Origin: a virus
Lineage: Duplodnaviria; Heunggongvirae; Uroviricota; Caudoviricetes
IMG/VR virus record: IMGVR_UViG_2706794665_000003
DNA: 24,954 bases
Reading direction: 5' to 3' (one strand)
In this document: positions 18,759 to 24,954 of the stretch, piece by piece
Layout of the letters: each line of letters starts with the position of its first letter
Numbering within the stretch: position 1 is the stretch's first letter
Position numbers and translations under genes: made by a program
Notes under the pieces: model-generated
The model's input: only the letters and a program-made list of their open reading frames with translations
Databases searched by the model: none
Told to the model about the DNA's origin: nothing

Positions 18759-19452
18759 CCGGGACTGCAATGTTTCCCGGACATCATCCGGTAGATGGCT
18801 GTAGGGGTTGCCATCCACCTTATGGCTGCCGCTGTAAATCAGCGTGATTTCCACGCCCTGTTTCTCCAGTGCAGCGCCGTAATTACTGTGAGCCATCATG
18901 ACGCCGATGGAGCCTGTCCGGGCGGTCTGCGTGACCAGACGCCGGGAGGCGGCACTGGCAAGCAGCTGACCTGCGCTGCAGTTCATGTCATTGGCCAGCG
19001 CCCATACCGGCTTTATGTCACGCACACGGGCGATGATGTCAGCGCAGTCAAATGCTCCCGCCACCATTCCGCCCGGTGTGTCCATATCGAGCAGAATGCC
19101 GTCCACCATCGGGTCGCTGGCAGCCTGTTGCAGACGGGCGATAATGCCGTTGTAACCGGTCATCCCCGAGTACGGCTGCAGCGCCCGCGTCCGGCTGACC
19201 AGCGTGCCGGACACCGGCAGCACGGCGATGCCGTTCATTACCTGATAACTGCGGGCCTGTCGTGGTCCGTCATCATCACCGGATAACGCCAGCGCCGCGG
19301 GTGCCTCTCCGGCAGTCAGGCTGTCGCCGGATACTGCATCCGTCAGGCAGCTGATCCCAAGCTGGCCTGCAAGCGCACAAAAGAAAACCCGCGCATAGGC
19401 GGGTTCAAGCATCAGCGGCTCATTAAAAGCCATGCTGGCAATATGCGGGAGA

Positions 19453-19472
<20 letters not shown>
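18153..19472 (-). CDS. C: Capsid assembly protease / scaffold protein C
   Basis: Start GTG at 19472 preceded by GGAGGAG; (M)TAELRNLPHIASMAFNEPLMLEPAYARVFFCALAGQLGIS... matches lambda gpC (439 aa); 20-nt overlap with the B 3' end as in lambda. Confidence 0.9.
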
Positions 19473-23073
<3,601 letters not shown>

Positions 23074-23099
<26 letters not shown>

Positions 23100-23619
23100 T
23101 CAGCAACCCCGGTATCAGTTCATCCAGCGCGGCTGCTTTGTTCATGGCTTTGATGATATCCCGTTTCAGGAAATCAACATGTCGGTTTTCCAGTTCCGGA
23201 AAACGCCGCTGCACCGACAGGGGGATCCCGTCGAGAATACTGGCAATTTCACCTGCGATCCGCGACAGCACGAAAGTACAGAATGCGGTTTCCACCACTT
23301 CAGCGGAGTCTCTGGCATTTTTCAGCTCCTGTGCGTCGGCCTGCGCACGCGTAAGTCGATGGCGTTCGTACTCAATAGTCCCTGGCTGGAGATCTGTCTC
23401 GCTGGCCTGCCGCAGTTCTTCAACTTCCCGGCGCAGCTTTTCGTTCTCAATTTCAGCATCCCTTTCGGCATACCATCTTATAACGGCGGCAGAGTCATAA
23501 AGCACCTCATTACCCTTGCCACCGCCTCGCAGAACGGGCATTCCCTGTTCCTGCCAGTTCTGAATGGTACGGATACTCGCACCGAAAATGTCAGCCAGCT
23601 GCTTTTTGTTGACTTCCAT
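23074..23619 (-). CDS. Nu1: Terminase small subunit Nu1
   Basis: 181-aa ORF MEVNKKQLADIFGASIRTIQNWQEQGMPVLRGGGKGNEVLYDSAAVIRWYAERDAEIENEKLRREVEEL... matches lambda Nu1 (N-terminal winged helix-turn-helix). Confidence 0.95.
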
Positions 23620-23643
23620 TGTTCATTCCACGGACAAAAACAG

Positions 23644-23758
23644 AGAAAGGAAACGACAGAGGCCAAAAAGCCCGTTTTCAGCACCTGTCGTTTCCTTTCT
23701 TTTCAGGGGGTGTTTTAAATAAAAACATTAGGTTACGGCGAAGAAGAACGGAAACGCC
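23644..23758 (-). promoter_or_regulatory. cosB: Nu1-binding R1 (23644..23659), R2 (23685..23700), R3 (23739..23758) with AT-rich IHF-site region between R2 and R3
   Basis: R1 AGAAAGGAAACGACAG, R2 CTGTCGTTTCCTTTCT (inverted relative to R1), R3 CGAAGAAGAACGGAAACGCC; same sequences and spacing as lambda cosB as I recall them. Confidence 0.8.
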
Positions 23759-23796
23759 TTAAACCGGAAAATTGTCATAAATAGCGAAAACCCGCG

Positions 23797-23808
23797 CGCC
23801 TTCCGCCC
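23797..23808. other. cosN core (position of the 12-nt cohesive end); sequence differs from canonical lambda
   Basis: Flanks align with lambda (CGCGGGTTTTCGCTATTTATGA... on one side, CGTAACCTGTCGGATC... on the other), but the 12-mer reads GGGCGGAAGGCG on the lambda top strand versus lambda GGGCGGCGACCT. Confidence 0.7.
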
Positions 23809-24007
23809 CGTAACCTGTCGGATCGCCGGAAAGGACCCGCAAAATGATAATAATTATCATCTACATGTCACAACGTGCATCTACGCCATCAAACCACGTC
23901 AAATAATCAATTATGACGCAGGTATCGTATTAATTGATCTGCATCAACTTAACGTAAAAACAACTTCAGACAATACAAATCAGCGACACTGAATACAGGG
24001 CAACCTC

Positions 24008-24241
24008 ATGTCAACGAAGAACAGAACCCGCAGAACAACAACCCGCAACATCCGCTTTCCTAACCAAATGATTGAACAAATTAACATCGCTCTTGTTCAA
24101 AAAGGGTCCGGGAATTTCTCAGCCTGGGTCATTGAAGCCTGCCGCCGGAGACTGTGCTCAGAAAAAAGAGTTTCGCCTGAAGCAAACAAAGAAAAGAGTG
24201 ACATTACTGAATTGCTCAGAAAACAGGTTAGACCAGATTGA
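24008..24241 (+). CDS. Small basic protein, YlcI-like, with ribbon-helix-helix-like N-terminus
   Basis: 77-aa ORF MSTKNRTRRTTTRNIRFPNQMIEQINIALVQKGSGNFSAWVIEACRRRL...; a purine-rich AGGG lies 9-12 nt upstream of the ATG. Same position and orientation as the sequence I recall at the lambda right end and as E. coli prophage ylcI (family assignment from memory). Confidence 0.7.
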   Translation: MSTKNRTRRTTTRNIRFPNQMIEQINIALVQKGSGNFSAWVIEACRRRLCSEKRVSPEANKEKSDITELLRKQVRPD

Positions 24242-24298
24242 AGCAATTTAGATAATCGTGCAGACTACGCCCCCTCATATCACATGGAAGGTACTACA

Positions 24299-24709
24299 AT
24301 GGCTCAGGTTGCCATTTTTAAACAAATATTCGATAAAGTGCGAAATAATTTAAACTATCACTGGTTTTATTCTGAACTAAAACGTCACAATGTCTCACAT
24401 TACATTTACTATTTAGCCACAGAGAATATTCATCTTGTTCTTGAAAACGATAATACGGTTTTAATAAAAGGACAGGGTAAGGTTGTAAATGTAAGATTTT
24501 CAAAAAATAAATGCCTTATAGAAGCCACCTTAAAAGGATTCAAATCAGGAGAGTTATCATTTTACGAATACAGGAAAAATCTTGCTACAGCAGGGGTTTT
24601 CAGATGGATTACAAATATCCACGAAAACAAAAGGTATTACTATACCTTTGATAATTCATTACTCTTTACTGAGAACATACAGAACACTACACAAATATTT
24701 CCGCACTAA
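24299..24709 (+). CDS. Conserved lambdoid protein of unknown function, YbcV-like (DUF1398 assignment from memory)
   Basis: [65 protein letters not shown]...[24 protein letters not shown]. Start chosen at the second ATG (24299), which has GGAAGG 8-13 nt upstream; the track ORF starts 5 codons earlier at 24284. Confidence 0.7.
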   Translation: MAQVAIFKQIFDKVRNNLNYHWFYSELKRHNVSHYIYYLATENIHLVLENDNTVLIKGQGKVVNVRFSKNKCLIEATLKGFKSGELSFYEYRKNLATAGVFRWITNIHENKRYYYTFDNSLLFTENIQNTTQIFPH

Positions 24710-24954
24710 ATCATAACGTCCGGTTTCTTCCGTGCCAGAACCGGACTCGCTGGCATGATGAAATATGTGTACCCGGTAACCCCGGTGTGCATCGTTTTTG
24801 ATTATTCCCGCACACTCGCGCAGAAGGAGTTCCCCGTCGGGCTACGGTCTCTGTTAATACGGGAATACGGCGACGATTGGATTTGCCCCTATATTTCCAG
24901 ACATCTGTTATCACTTAACCCATTACAAGCCCGCTGCCGCAGATATTCCCGTGG
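24710..24954 (+). promoter_or_regulatory. Non-coding region downstream of the YbcV-like gene; by lambda synteny the region upstream of bor
   Basis: No ORF with a credible start; the sequence aligns with what I recall of the equivalent lambda segment (TAAATCATAACGTCCGGTTTCTTCCGTG...). The bor gene itself would lie beyond the window end. Confidence 0.4.

Noticed and set aside
23846-23858. 13-bp palindrome GATAATAATTATC near cos as a novel operator
   Set aside because: It corresponds to the lambda right-end segment GATAATGATTATC in the cosQ-proximal region; it is conserved cos-flank sequence, not a new element.
24711-24914. 67-aa minus-strand ORF downstream of the YbcV-like gene
   Set aside because: Arg-rich, no ribosome binding site, and located in what by lambda synteny is the non-coding region upstream of bor.

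Overview
Almost the whole window is the late (packaging, head, tail) module of a lambda-like prophage from an enterobacterial host, read in reverse orientation to the standard lambda map. All structural genes are on the minus strand in lambda order: tfa, stf, lom, J, I, K, L, M, H, G/T, V, U, Z, FII, FI, E, D, C/Nu3, B, W, A, Nu1. A cos site follows (cosB R1-R3 + cosN), then two plus-strand genes that in lambda sit between cos and bor (a YlcI-like small protein and a YbcV-like protein). Because cos is internal, this is an integrated prophage, not a virion end. Windows positions 1-90 are the terminal fragment of an IS1 element, followed by a ~750 bp AT-rich stretch with no long ORF before tfa. 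Five N-runs (assembly gaps or masks) interrupt stf, lom, J, K and A; frames do not match across most of them, so gene intactness cannot be judged. Identifications rest on my recollection of lambda protein and DNA sequences and on motifs read directly from the sequence; no database search was run. I found no convincing novel multi-gene system. The points most worth follow-up are a non-canonical cosN core, a divergent J receptor-binding domain, an enlarged Stf with an extra domain and internal duplication, the YlcI-like/YbcV-like gene pair beside cos, and the AT-rich region next to IS1. No tRNA, rRNA or CRISPR array was seen.
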